Positions 1-12,600 of a stretch of 64,000 nucleotides of DNA are shown in pieces. The translations under genes and the position numbers were made by a program. The stretch lies in the NCBI GenBank assembly GCA_964016885.1, contig OZ024744.1, positions 74,896,001 through 74,960,000 of the forward strand. The letters are read 5' to 3'. The stretch's first letter is position 1, and each line of letters starts with the position of its first letter. The notes under the pieces are model-generated. The model saw nothing but the letters and a program-made list of their open reading frames with translations, ran no database searches and was not told where the DNA came from. Origin of the DNA: Eledone cirrhosa (Eukaryota).

Positions 1-3000
1 GCTGTAAAATGTGATATGTTCACCGTCGAATGGCAAAAACGAGGGCTGCCACATGCTCACATTTTGATTTTGTTAGCTGATAAAATCAATTCAAATGCCA
101 TAGACAGCTTCATTTCGGCTGAAATCCCTAACCCAGCAACTGACCAGGAATTACATGACATCGTCAAAGCTAAAATGGTCCGTGTGCGTCGGGTCCTAAT
201 GAGCATCACACGTGTCTGAAAGTGGCATCGTGCAGTAAGGGATACCCCCAAAAATTTGTTGACCAGACTCAGACTGTGGCGACGGATAACCCCTGTACAG
301 GCGGAGACGGCCCGAGAACGGTGGCTTCACCACAACAGTAAGGGGAGGTCAAGTCGACAATAGATGAGTGGGGGGGGGGGGTCTTTTACTGCCCGCTTCA
401 TTTGAAGATGTTCAACGCCCACATCAACGTTGAGTTTTGCAACTCCGTCAAGTCGATAAAATGCATATGCAAATATGTAGATAAGGGCTCTGATGCCGCA
501 ATGTTCGCATTTTAAGCTGAAAATAGCAGGGACGAGGTAACAGAATACCTGGCGGGGCGGTACATCAGTAGCAATGAAGCTTTTTGGTGCCTATTTGGTT
601 TACCCCTACACCAACGTCACCCCGCCATTGTACAGCTTGCGGTACATTTGGAAAATGAGTAAAGGGTTACTTTACGAACCAAACCGCCGCCAAGTTGGCC
701 GCCGATCCGAAAGAGACCACTCTGACGGGTTTCTTAAAACTTTGCCAGTTCGATACATTTGCGCAAACAATTGTGTACTCCCAGGTTCCATCCTACTTTA
801 TATGGTCGAAAAACACATGGGTGCGAAGTAAGTCAGATCAGGCTGTTGAAAGACATCCTGGTGTAAAATTTGACAGCTGTCTTGGAAGGGTTTACACTGT
901 GCCCCCAAGACAGCATAAGTGCTTTCATCTCCGCCTTCTTCTGCATGAAGATGTCGGCCCACAAAGTTTTCAGGACCTCAAAACTGTTGATGGAGAAATA
1001 TGTGATACGTACCGGGAAACCTGCTTTAAGCGTGGTCTTTTGGAAGATGATTCGCAATGGGATTCCACTTTAGCAGAGGGTGCTTTGTTGAAATCACCTA
1101 AAGGTCTATGGGAACTCTTTGCCATTTTGCTTCAAAAGTGTGAATTGGGTGATCTCAAATCTTTATGGGTCAAGTACAGAGACTTCATGTCTGAGGACTT
1201 CCTGCGCCTGGCTCATCTGCAGTATACTTCAGTGGAAGTTGGTTACAGCGACATTATGTACAACAGGGCACTAATTGATATCGTGGACGCCCTCCTCGAC
1301 ATGGGTGGGAATGAGTTGGAGACGTATAGCTTGCCGTCAACCGTCAGAGAGGAAGGTAACACGTTGGCCCCGGATTTGTTGCGGGAAACAGCATATGACA
1401 TCGAATCTCTTTCCCAATACTTAGAGGAAAATGAGCCCAAACTTCTGTCGGACCAAAGGTTGGCCTATTTAACTATCGTTTACGCGATTCAAAATCAGAC
1501 TGGGGGGTATTTACTCTCTCGATGCTCCTGGGGGTACCGGAAAATCTTATGAAACGAAATTGATTCTCGCTAAGATTCGTCAGGAGAAAAAAATTGCGTT
1601 GGCCGTTGCATCGTCCGGGATCGCTGCTACTTTGCTGCCGGGAGGCAGGACAGCACATTCAACCTTTAAACTCCCCTTGGATTTAGTAAAAACTGAGACA
1701 CCAACATGCAATATCAGCAAGAGTTCACACGAAGCTCTGGTTCTCAAAAGATGTTGCCTCATTGTGTGGGATGAGTGTACAATGGCACACAAGGATTCCC
1801 TTGAGGCATTGGACAGTACCCTGAAAAGTATTAGGGATTCTACGGCTCTTATGAGTGGCGTAACCCTTCTGCTATCAGGAGATTTTCGACAAACGCTGCC
1901 TGTCATCCCCGAAGGGACAAGAGCTGATGAAGTGCGTGCCTGCCTTAAGACGTCCATATTGTGGCTCCAGGTGAAGAGTTTGTACCTGAGCACAAATATG
2001 CGTGCTCATTTGCATGGTGACAACATGTCTGCAACATTTGTTCAGAATATTTTAGCACTTGGTGAGGGCAAGGTCCCTGCGGACGATAAGGGCCGCATAG
2101 CAATCGACTCCCTGTGCAACATTGTGAGTAGCCCTTCTGACCATCTGGGAAGCAGTTTTTCCTAATGTCTCATCTAACTTTAAAAACCTCGATTGGCTCA
2201 GCGAAAGAGCTCTTCTTGCTCCGTAAAATGCCATGGTTAATTTTATTAACGAGCAGCTGATTGAGAAGATTTCAGGTAAAGAACACATCTTCACATCTAT
2301 CGACCGGACGTCAGACACCGACGATATCGTTAATTATCCGGTTGACTTATTAAATACTCACATTCTTAAGCTTAGGGTTGGCTGTCCCATTATGCTAATA
2401 AGGAACTTGCGTCCACCAAAGCAGTGCAACGGTACTCGCATGGTCGTCAAGTCACTGACGCCCCACTTGATTGAGGCCACCATTGTAATGGGGTGCGGGA
2501 GAAGGGATAATGTTTTCATTCCAAGGATGAACCTTTTCCCCTCGGCGTCAGATATCCCGTTCGATTTCCGGCGATCCCAATTCCTGGTGAGACCATGTTT
2601 TTCCATGTCCATTAACAAGTCACAAGGGCAAACATCGTCGGTGGCGGGCATCCATTTGGAGGAGCCATGCTTCTCTGATGGCCACCTTTATGTTGCCTGT
2701 TCCCGCGTAAGGAGCAGGAATGGACTTTTTTCTTACACACCTCAAGGGATGAACGCAAAATCGTCTACAAAGAGGTGCTATAGATGTGTGTGCAGTTGTT
2801 GGAGGTGTTGGAGCTATGCCGTCTGGAAAACTAGAAGGGTCACCCATAGCGGACAGATCTGACACTTAGCGGCATCAGGGCCACCATCTTGCAACTTTGG
2901 TCTAGTAAATTCTCTATTGGAATATTATTAACCCATCATTGATTGTCCAAAATGCTAATTGGTTCGTAACTATTAAAAACCGGTTCAACTGCTTTATGCA

Positions 3001-3099
3001 CTTAATTGATAAGCTTATGCGCTTTCAAGCTACGTTTACCTGCATGTAACTTTTCATAGCAAATGAACAAACCCGAGCAACGCCGGGCTAAACTGCTAG
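1..3099 (+). mobile_element. Helitron, 3' part (5' end outside window), decayed
   Basis: Rep HUH motif VEWQKRGLPHAHIL (16-219), PIF1-type helicase motifs, subterminal hairpin CCCGAGCAACGCCGGG (3072-3087) and terminal CTAG (3096-3099) followed by T. Confidence 0.93.
16..2862 (+). pseudogene. Helitron RepHel ORF, broken by stops and frameshifts
   Basis: HUH motif; KCICKYVDKG near 460-490 (degenerate YxxKYxxK); Walker A DAPGGTGKS near 1520-1547; SSGIAATLL-GGRTAHS, WDEC, GDFRQ and MSINKSQGQT motifs spread over several frames. Confidence 0.9.
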
Positions 3100-3412
3100 T
3101 ACATATATATATATATATATATATACAATATCTTAAAATGGTAACACACTATAGAGAAATAGTGTGCCATCAATAAAAACAGGGAAAACCACTAGTATAT
3201 GGAATCTATAAACTATGGAAAGCAGGGTAAACACACAATAATTAAAAATATGAATTAAAATGTATATACGCACCTCTATAATTATATAACACACGCGTAC
3301 AAATCCAAAGAGATCTGTTTTGTCCGGAAGTTGTTGACTGAAATGGAATAGCCTATGTTTCATCAGCGCGTGCAAGACTATACATTCCAGACAACTCTAA
3401 GAGAATCTAAAG

Positions 3413-3751
3413 CGACCATCCAGCTACACGCGGCAGAGAGATGTCACAGCGTGTTTAGGGCAGTGAACCAGTGGTATCTGAGGGACGAGCTGCGAGAAAG
3501 GGCAGCCCAAAAACCACTCAAAGAAGTGTGCTCAACCAAACAGAGAGAGCGGAAAGACTGTTAGAAGGAGCGAAATATCAAGATAATTGCGGAGCCATAG
3601 ACTCTCGTTATTCCCTGTCAATAATTTGCTCAAAGTGCTCAAAGTAATGTGCTTTGGGCTGCTCTTTCTAGCAGCTCGTCCCTCAGATACCACTGGTTCA
3701 CTGCTCTAAACACGCTGTGACATCTCTCTGCCGCGTGTAGCTGGACGGTCG
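3413..3751. repeat. Inverted repeat, ~99-bp arms (3413-3511 / 3653-3751), ~140-bp spacer
   Basis: cgaccatccagctacacgcggcagagag...gcagcccaaa is the near-perfect reverse complement of tttgggctgc...ctctctgccgcgtgtagctggacggtcg. Confidence 0.9.
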
Positions 3752-3970
3752 AAATACCTTTTTCGAAATATTTACTTCTGCGTTTACAGATAGATTTCTT
3801 TAGTTTCAGAAGATCCTGTTAAGGGTGAAAGCAGCGATTCTTTGCTTAAACATTAATCTGTTATTTTAATAAATAAATAAATATATATATATATATATTA
3901 CATAGCTAATAAGCTCTGTAACTTACATAGAGCACACTTTTTTCCTGGACCTTTCCGACGGAATTACTTC

Positions 3971-4007
<37 letters not shown>

Positions 4008-4010
<3 letters not shown>

Positions 4011-4188
4011 TTTCTGAATTTGTTTAGCAAGATTCTTTATCTGAAAAGGTATGTTGAAAGCAATATTGTTATACTTTGGTATTGTGGATCCAACCAACCA
4101 ACCGGAAATTTATAATAAATTAAGGTGAAAGCAACTGGTGAGTGTGTTTCTTATTGGCAACATGACCCTCCCAAACTATAACAATATT
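4008..4188. mobile_element. Miniature element sharing termini and tail with the Penelope-like element at 41289-43807
   Basis: Terminal IR aatattgttatactttgg / ccaaactataacaatatt; the left tail and the gtgagtgtgtt...atgaccctcccaa segment match the PLE ends; (TA)n on both sides. Confidence 0.7.
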
Positions 4189-4219
4189 TATATATATAAG
4201 TATATATATATATATATAT

Positions 4220-4410
4220 ATATTTAATGTATAATAAACAATACAATATAATTACCTCATTAACAGAGGATTTCCCGAATAAGGCGAATTCTGGAAACTT
4301 CTGGTAATGAGGTAATTATATTGTATTGTTTATTATAGATTAAATATTTAGCTCTGCAACTTACATAGAGCACTCTTCATTTCTCTGACAATTTCAACGA
4401 AACTTCAACA
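4220..4410. repeat. Fold-back element: hairpin 4220-4347 plus ~60-bp tail, flanked by (TA)n
   Basis: atatttaatgtataataaacaatacaatataattacctcattaacaga pairs with tctggtaatgaggtaattatattgtattgtttattatagattaaatat. A diverged tail copy lies at ~3910-3973 and an inverted arm+tail copy at 4539-4631. Confidence 0.85.
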
Positions 4411-4418
4411 TATATATG

Positions 4419-4542
<124 letters not shown>

Positions 4543-4631
4543 GAAGTTTCCGTTGAAATTGTCAGAGAAATAAAGAATGATGTATGTAAGTTGCAGAGTT
4601 AAATATTTAATCTATAATAAACAATACAATA

Positions 4632-6720
4632 CACTGCTAAATACACAGTTCAAGATTTTGGCCAAGGTGCTAGCAAAGAGGTTGGAGCTTGTCGTTGGTG
4701 GTCTGGTGGGAGAGGCGCAGACATAGGCCTTTCCCGACAGATCCATCCACGACAACCTCCACCTCAGGCGATACATCGTAGAGAGGTTAGCTAGGGAACC
4801 TGGCACGGGTGGCTCCTTGATCAATTTAGATCAGTCGAAAGCTTTCGATAGGGTCAGCCATCGTTACCTAGCGGCAGTCCTGAAGGCGGCTGGCTTTGGG
4901 CCCGTCTTCAGAGGCTGGATCGCTGCCATGCACAGCGACATCTGCTCTGTGGTGAGAGTGAACGGTTACCTTTCGGAACCGTTCAACATCATGCGCTCGG
5001 TCCGCCAAGGATGTCCCCTCTCGTCCCTCTTGTGCGTATTGACTCTCGAGTCATTACTGCACAAACTGGAAACGTTGAGGGGGGTCCCTCGCGAACTAGG
5101 ATGTCAGCATATCCGGACGATGTCACCGTAGTGGTGTCGACCGCCAAACATATCGAGGCGATCGGCACCACACTAAGAGAATACGAAGCGGTGACAGGAG
5201 CAATGATCAACCAGGAAAAGTCAGTGGGCCTGCAGCTCGGCACCTGGAGAGGCAGGTCCATGCCGCCCAACAGCGTTGTCGGACGTTGGACGGACCGGTT
5301 AAATTGCTAGGGGTCTGGTTCGGTCCGGACCTCCAGACGGACAAAAACTGGGACGAGGTGACGAGCAGGCTGTCTTCTCTCACCCAGAAATGGGCGAAGA
5401 GGAAACTATCCCCGAATGGTTGAGCGGAGGTGGCTAACACGTACATCGCGTCCGTCATCTACTACCGCCTGACCGTCGTAACTTGTCCTAAGCCCCGCCT
5501 GACTGCGCTTGAGCATTTGCTCTTTCGCTTTTTGTGGAAGGGACGCGCTCCGATGATCAGGCGGTCCATCTGCTGTCAACACCCGCTACGTGGAGGGCTG
5601 GGAATGCCGTGGATGATGTGCGCAGACACGCGCTCAGGCTGCAACATCTCTACCTCTTCCTCGACGGTGCTCAGGTGTGGTCGCCGTTTGCTAGACGAGT
5701 CTTTCCCCAGCTCGTCTCCTTGACGGAGCTGCAGTCCTGGGTCAAGCGAAGAGCGAGATGGAGCGCTTGGAGACTGGAATGTCTTCAGGCGCTCACAGCC
5801 CTCTACCAATCGGGCAATGTGATCGGTGGAAACTCCACCTTGGCGTTCTATAGAGGATTAGTGGAGGGGAAGAGCGACGACGTACTTGGGGAAACTCTAT
5901 GCGTCGACGAAAATCAACTAGCCAATCTCTTCGGAAGAAATTTTGAGCCGGGGCCTATGGACAACTTCCAGAAATCTCTGGCCTGGCAGTGCTACCGAGG
6001 AGTTTGTCAGTTCGGGATAAACTCTACAGGCATGGAGGTGCCATCAGCCGAGCATGTCGGAGATGTGCGCAGGGCGATGAAACCGTCCTGCACGCACTCG
6101 CCCAGTGTCCGAGCATTGCTGACTTGTGGGTTTATGTCGAACACCTGCTGTCGCTTGTAGGACGGATCCAGCTGTCAGCTGAGTTCATCGTGAGGATTGC
6201 CTCGCCCTCTTCCTTTAGCCGGGAAGGGCAGGCAGTTTTTATCAGACTGGTGGCCATGGCGAAAGAGATAGTATGGTGGACACGTTTGAAAGGGCTGCAG
6301 ACGAGCACTTACCTCTTCGGTAATGCCCTGATTAACCTTTTCAAATTTCATTAGAAAAGGAAAATCAGGGTAGAGAGGGCAGGGCTCTCTTCCCAGCATT
6401 TTGTTGAAAGCTGGGTGAGTGAACCAAGTATGGCCCGAGTGAATGGTCCTACTCTGAGTATGTGTCTGTAAATTAAAGGTGGAAAACTGGGAGAGACCAC
6501 TTGCCCTGGTGGTCAGGGTCACTGTGGCCTTTTAATGGGCTTTCTCCACAAATGTCCCTCGGAAGTCTCCCCCCCATTGGGGAATTTTTCATTGTTATTT
6601 TTTGTTACATCCTCTGTTTTTGTTTTTTTACTCGCAGAAATGCCATTTGTTCCGTCCTGTATTGTCCTGTACTGTCCGTAATATCTACTTTATGTAAACC
6701 CTTGTGGTTAATAAAGAAAG
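4632..6720 (+). mobile_element. Tx1/L1-type LINE family C, 5'-truncated decayed copy
   Basis: Closely matches 22435-24537; RT motifs LDQSKAFDRV and RQGCPLS, YPDD variant, zinc knuckle; ends cccttgtggttaataaagaaagc followed by (ATT)n. Confidence 0.93.
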
Positions 6721-6748
6721 CATTATTATTATTATTAATATTATTATT

Positions 6749-9606
6749 CTTTGAGTCTCAGTCCTTGATGTTAGTTAACTGGAAAGTTTGTTGAAAGGAA
6801 TATCAAGCCACTACCTGCAGCCTCAGATATTCAGGACGTATCGGAGGGTTCTTGCTGTTCCCAGCAAGCATGCTTTTTGAAGCGTTCCAAAAAGCGCGGC
6901 GGGGCCAATTTTCTTTAACCATCCCTGGAAAGTTTTTGAGATAGTACCTAGTGCGCCTATGACTTCATGGCAGTTCCAAATCCTTTTACCTCCCACTTTA
7001 AGTCCTGGTATCGGTTAATTTTCTCCCTCTCCTTCTCTTGCACTCTCGTGTCGAATGGGCAGGCCACATCTACAATCAGGCACGATTTTTTTCCTTGTCC
7101 AAAACCACCAGGTCAGGTCTATTGTGTTCCAGTTTCTTGTCCGTCTGTATCCTAAAATCCCACAGCATCTTCACCTGTTCGTTTTCTATCACCGCCTCTG
7201 GCTTATGCTCATACCACTTCTCAGAATGTGGTAAATTGTTTACTTTGCATAGGTGCCAGTGGATCACCCTGCCCATCACATCATGTCTCCAGATTTTATA
7301 GTGAGTCTCGGCTAGGTGTTTACACTCGGATACAATGTGAGCCACAGTCTCCTCTCTCTCTCCACAGATCCTGCACAGTGGGCTAGCCTCCTCCTTGTAA
7401 ATATGGTGTTTCAACCACTTCGTTTTGAGGGCCTGCTCCTGCGCAGCCATTAGCATTTCTTCTGTAGCCTTTTTAAGGTCTCCTCTTTTCAACCAGTTCC
7501 ATGTCTGTGGATCTCTAAATTCAGTTTTCTCAAAGAAGGTACTATGAAGGGATTTTTCCTGAAGTTTGCTCTTTCTCCTTGATGTTATTTCCTCCTTGGA
7601 CATCGCCTGGCCTATTGTCTCCTCCTTCAGTACAGTTTTGAGCATTGGCTCCTTACTAACAGTCACGTATTTGTGTAGGTTGTTTTTCTCCATCTGAACA
7701 CAGTCCTCTATGCTGATAAGACCTTTTCCACCCTCAGATCTCCTTAAGTAGAGTCTATCGACATCACTCCTCTTGTAGAACATGTTGTAGATAGTCAATA
7801 GCTTCCTAGTCTTGCTATCCATTTCTTTTTGTTCAGCAACATTCCATCTCAGAATTCCCGCACTGTACCTAATAATAGACACAGCTCGGGAATTTACTGC
7901 ACTTATGGCATTCCTACTGTTCAGATGTGAATTTAATACGCTCCTTACTCTCCGAATGTATTCAGTTCTTATCAATTCCTTCATTTTTTTGTTCTTGATG
8001 TCATCAGCCTCCAGAATGCCCAAATACTTGTATCCTTCTTCAGAGTAAATTTCCTTTATCATCTCACCTGTTGGTACCTGGATTCCGTTACTTCTGCTCA
8101 ACTTACCCCTCCTCATCACAATGACTCCACACTTACTAATACCAAATTGCATACATATATCATTGCTGAAAATACGGACAGTGTCAACAAGCACTTCCAA
8201 CTCCTTCTCACTCTTCCCGAAGAGCTTAAGATCGTCCATGAAGAGGAGGTGATTGATGGTAAGCCCTCCCTCTCCCAACCTGTATCCTGCTCTCACTTTT
8301 CGCAGAACACTGGTTAGGGGCATCAGGGCAAGGACAAACAACAGAGGGGACAAACTATCTCCCTGGAAGATACCTCTCTTGATCTTCACGCTTCTCAAGG
8401 ATTCTCCAGTTGATGTTAACTCTGTTTCCCAGGACTTCATACTTTTGCCCAACAACTGTCTGATGTTATCTGCCACCTTGAAGATCTCCAGGCTTTTGGT
8501 GATCCAAGAATGAGGCACCATGTCAAATGCCTTTTTGTAGTCTATCTATCCCATGGCAAGATCAGTGTGTCTCCTCTTGCAATTCCTCATTACCATCTTA
8601 TCAATAAGTAGCTGGTACTTTGTACCACGTGACTTCTTTCGGCATCCTTTCTGTTCGTCCGGTAACAAGTTGTTTGTGTGGAGGTGATGGTAGATTTCCC
8701 CAGACATAATGCTTTTCAACAGTTTCTACATTACAGACAGACATGTGATAGGTCTATAGTTGGTAACATCATTACCTTTGATTCGGTTTTCATTATCAGA
8801 ACTGTGGTTCCTTTTGTCAACCACTCTGCTACCTCACCTGACATCAAGCAGTCATTGAACATGGTTGTCAGTTTCGGGTGGAGGGATGTTATATTTTTAA
8901 TCCAATACTCCTGCACACCATCTGGGCCTGGTGATGTCCAGTTGGTTAGTTTTTTGGCCTGCCCCTTAAGAGTTTCAACTGTGATACTCAAATCAGTTTG
9001 TTGGTGTGCCTGTTCACTGATCTCCTTCTGTACTGTCTCAATCCACACTGCCTGGTCATTATGTTTAACATCCTGCTCTCATATTCCTCTCCAGAATGTT
9101 TTAGTTTGTTCCGCCTCAGGGATCAAGTCGTTGCCTCTTTCTTTCCTTTCAAGCTGTCCAAACAACATCTTCTGGTTGTTGTCGAACAAGCGGTTCTGTC
9201 TATACTGGCTGACTCTGTTCTCGTATCGCCTGATTTTTGCACTCTTTGCTAAAATGCGTTGCTTCAGTTCCTCTATGATAATATTTAGCTTTTTCCTCCT
9301 AGTTTTGTACTTTATTTCCAGTCTATTTTTAGTGTCTAAGTTTTTTAGTGTCCCATTCAGTAGGGACTCAAGCTTTCCAATGTCATTTCTCATTTCCCTG
9401 ATTTGACCACTCAGTCGTTTCTTCCACCAAGGCTCTGCTCTTTCTTGTCTGTTGTTTCCTCTCGCTTTTATACCAAGTAGTTTCCTCACTGTATTTGCTG
9501 TTGCTTTGAGGATATTGTTGCCCTGGTGATGGCTCCTCGCCTCAAGGTATGGGATGACTTTGTTTACCTTAGCTGTTGTTTCTTTTAACTTTTTCCTGTC
9601 TACAAA
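6749..9606 (-). mobile_element. R4/Dong-clade RLE retrotransposon family A, 5'-truncated, decayed
   Basis: RT motifs GIFQGDSLSP and HLLFMDDLKL; CCHC (CRIC..ETVAHIVSEC); RHD; RPDLVV..D endonuclease; 3' end abuts (TAA)n on the sense strand. Confidence 0.92.
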
Positions 9607-9640
9607 TCTTCTTCTTCTTATTATTATTATTATAATTATT

Positions 9641-12600
9641 ACAGTTGCATTTATCTTGCTTTATGTTCATACGAGTTATCACCAAGTCACAACCATTGAC
9701 CTCAAGAGACAATAAGGTCCGCCATGTTCAAGAAAGAACATACATATTCACACATGCATCTTTAGTGTTTAGACTTGTGATGTACTTATATTGACAGAAT
9801 CTTCCTTAGTATATGGGCAGTTCCCATTAGTACTATCTTTTGTATTTCTCCTATACGCGGGTTTCTTGGGATTTGCGATAAGTAGTCATTAGACCCCTTA
9901 GGTATTATTCCCAGAGCGCCTACAACCACTGGTATTGTTTTAGTTCTCAATTTCCACATTTTTCCAATTTCTATCTCCAGGTCCTTATACTTGCTCAATT
10001 TTTCAAATGTGTTTATAGATACATTCTTGTCTATTGGAACAGACATATCAATTAGCAGGCATACCCTCTTTTGAAAGTCCTTCAATATTATATCAGGTCT
10101 ATTTGCATCTATTTTTCGGTCTGTTTGGATGCTAAAGTTCCACAAGATTGAGATGTGTTCTTTTTCAAGTATGGGAGGTGGTAGATGCTCCCACCAATTC
10201 TTTTGATGGGGCAGGTCAAAATGCTTACACATTATCCAATGTATGTATTGTGCAGCTCTGTCATGCCTGTTTAGGTATTCGGTTGGAGCTATAGGACTGC
10301 ACATTGAAATTATATGGTCAATGGTCTCTGGTTGTTTTTTGCATACACGGCATAATGGCTGCACCCATTTTTTATTATGTTGGCTTGGTAATTTTTTGTT
10401 GGCAGACACTGATCTTGTGCCGATATAATCAGTCCTTCAGTCTCCGATTTCAGTCCAGAGGATGCCAACCACTGATGGGTTAAAGTTTTGTCAACATCAG
10501 GATTGTTAGCTCGCTCTGGGTATTTTCCATATAGAGGCTTTTCTTGCCATTTCTTAGCCAGTTTCTGTAGCAGTTCTTTCTTTGCAGTTACTTTTACCTG
10601 CTTTGCTTTTTCTGTGTTTTCCATTTCAGCAGTAAATGGGACTTCTGAAATTTGTAGTCCATTACTGTATCTTTGTGCATCTTTTGTAATGGAATATGAT
10701 CTTTTGATGCTTTCGTGTTTCAAAACGAGTTTGATCATCCAATCATGTGATTCCCTTAGATATGTAGATAATCCAATTGTTGCAGTTTTCAACGCAATGT
10801 CTAATTGGATTAACCCACGTCCTCCTTCTTTCCTAGGGAGATATATTCTATCTATATCTGCCTTAGGGTGATGCATTCTGTGCATGGTTAAGAATTTTCG
10901 AATTTTTGTATCGAGCCTACGGATCTCTGTGCTTGACCAGTTGATGACATTGTAACTGTAGGTTACTACTGGTATGGCAAGCGTGTTTATGGCATCGATC
11001 CTATTCCTTGCATTCAATTCGGTTCTTAAGTTTGCTCTTACTCTGCGGTAACATTCCTTCCTTATCCTTTCCCTCATTGTCGAGTGCTTGATTCCGTCTC
11101 CTTCACAAACACCTAGATATTTGTAAGTTTTTTCTTGATCAAGTTCTCTTATCACGTTCCCCCGATCAAGATTAATGTCTGAACTCTTCAGCAGCTTTCC
11201 TCTGGTGAACGTTGCTTTGGCGCATTTATCTAGTTCAAACTCCATTTTAATGTCATCACTGAACTGTTTCACAGTGGATAATAGCCCTTGCAATTGTTCA
11301 TCATTCTTTGCAAATAGTTTCAGGTCATCCATGTAGAACAGGTGATTAATGGTGTTGTCATAGACTTTATATCCATGTTTTGTTTCATTGAGCATTTTAC
11401 TTAATGGTATAAGTGCGATGAAGAATAAAAGCGATGATAAAGAGTCACCCTGAAAAATTCCACAATTAATATTAACTTCTCCAGCTTCCAGTGATTTTGT
11501 TTCACTATTCAAAAGGAGTGTCGTTTTCCATGTCTTCATACTGAATGACAAAAACCTCCTGACAACGGGGGAGATTTTGAAAATCTCTAAACATTTTTCA
11601 ATCCAACTGTGTGGCAAACTATCGAATGCTTTTTTATAATCTATCCAAGCAATCGATAGAATTTTGTGTCTAATATGATAATCTTCCAGTATCATTTTGT
11701 TAACCAGAAGCTGATCCTTACAGCCATATGAGCCCCGTTTACACCCTTTCTGCTCAATGGGAAATAGGTAATTTGTTATCAGGTGGTCATATGTGTATTC
11801 AGTTAGGACTGATGTTAAAATTTTATACATTGTGGTCAAGCAAGTTATCGGTCTGTAATTTGTGGGATTGTTTGTCTCATCATTCTTCGGAAGCAGGAAT
11901 ATAATGCCGTTAACTAGCCATGATGGTATCTTTTCTGGCTCCTTAACTATTTCATTGTAAAGTTGGGCTAACAGCTCATGAGACTCTGTGAAGGCATTTA
12001 TCCAAAAGTTTTGTATTTTGTCTTTTCCTGGGGATTTCCATTTGCTGGTTTTTCTTAGAGCCAAGCGCAACTGTTCAACTGTTATATTTTCCCATGTTTG
12101 TTCCTCAAGGTGAGCTGTATCTTTCATTTGTCTGTCTATCCATGGGGCATGTATGTTATGAACTTTTTCTTCGGCCCAGATCTTTTCCCAGAATTCTTGC
12201 ACTTCCTCCTCGGGTGGTATTGATTTAGCAGTTATTGTTGACTTACCAATTTTTCTGTAGAAGTTTCTTTGGTTGTTTTTGAACATATTATTGTCCTTAT
12301 AGAATCTAGATCGTTTTTCAAAGCGCCTTATACGAGCAGCTTTGGCCGACACTTTTTGCTTGATTATTTCTATCAGCATGTCTATGTCACATGTTGATTT
12401 TATACTGTACCTCTTTTTCAATTTTCTAAGTTTAGTTTGTTTAACATGTTCACCTACTTTATAGTTTGTTAAAATTTCTATGTCAGATCGGAGAAGGTTT
12501 ATTTGGCGATTGATGTTCTCTTGCCAAGTAGATTTCTTGAGGGAATTCCTTTGTTTTTTCATCTTCACTCCACATAAGTGAATGGTGACTTTAGCCGATG

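Noticed and set aside
368-381. Poly-G run as a G-quadruplex or regulatory site (also poly-C at 40582-40598)
   Set aside because: Homopolymer expansions, the first inside decayed Helitron coding sequence; could be slippage or sequencing artefacts.
3805-3835. Hammerhead at cagaagatcctgttaagggtgaaagc
   Set aside because: The core reads CAGAAG rather than CUGANGA, and stems I and III cannot be drawn.
8678-9406. Antisense ORFs over LINE coding regions (also 20962-23279 and 53655-54957)
   Set aside because: Shadow ORFs of retrotransposon coding sequence, not preserved between copies.
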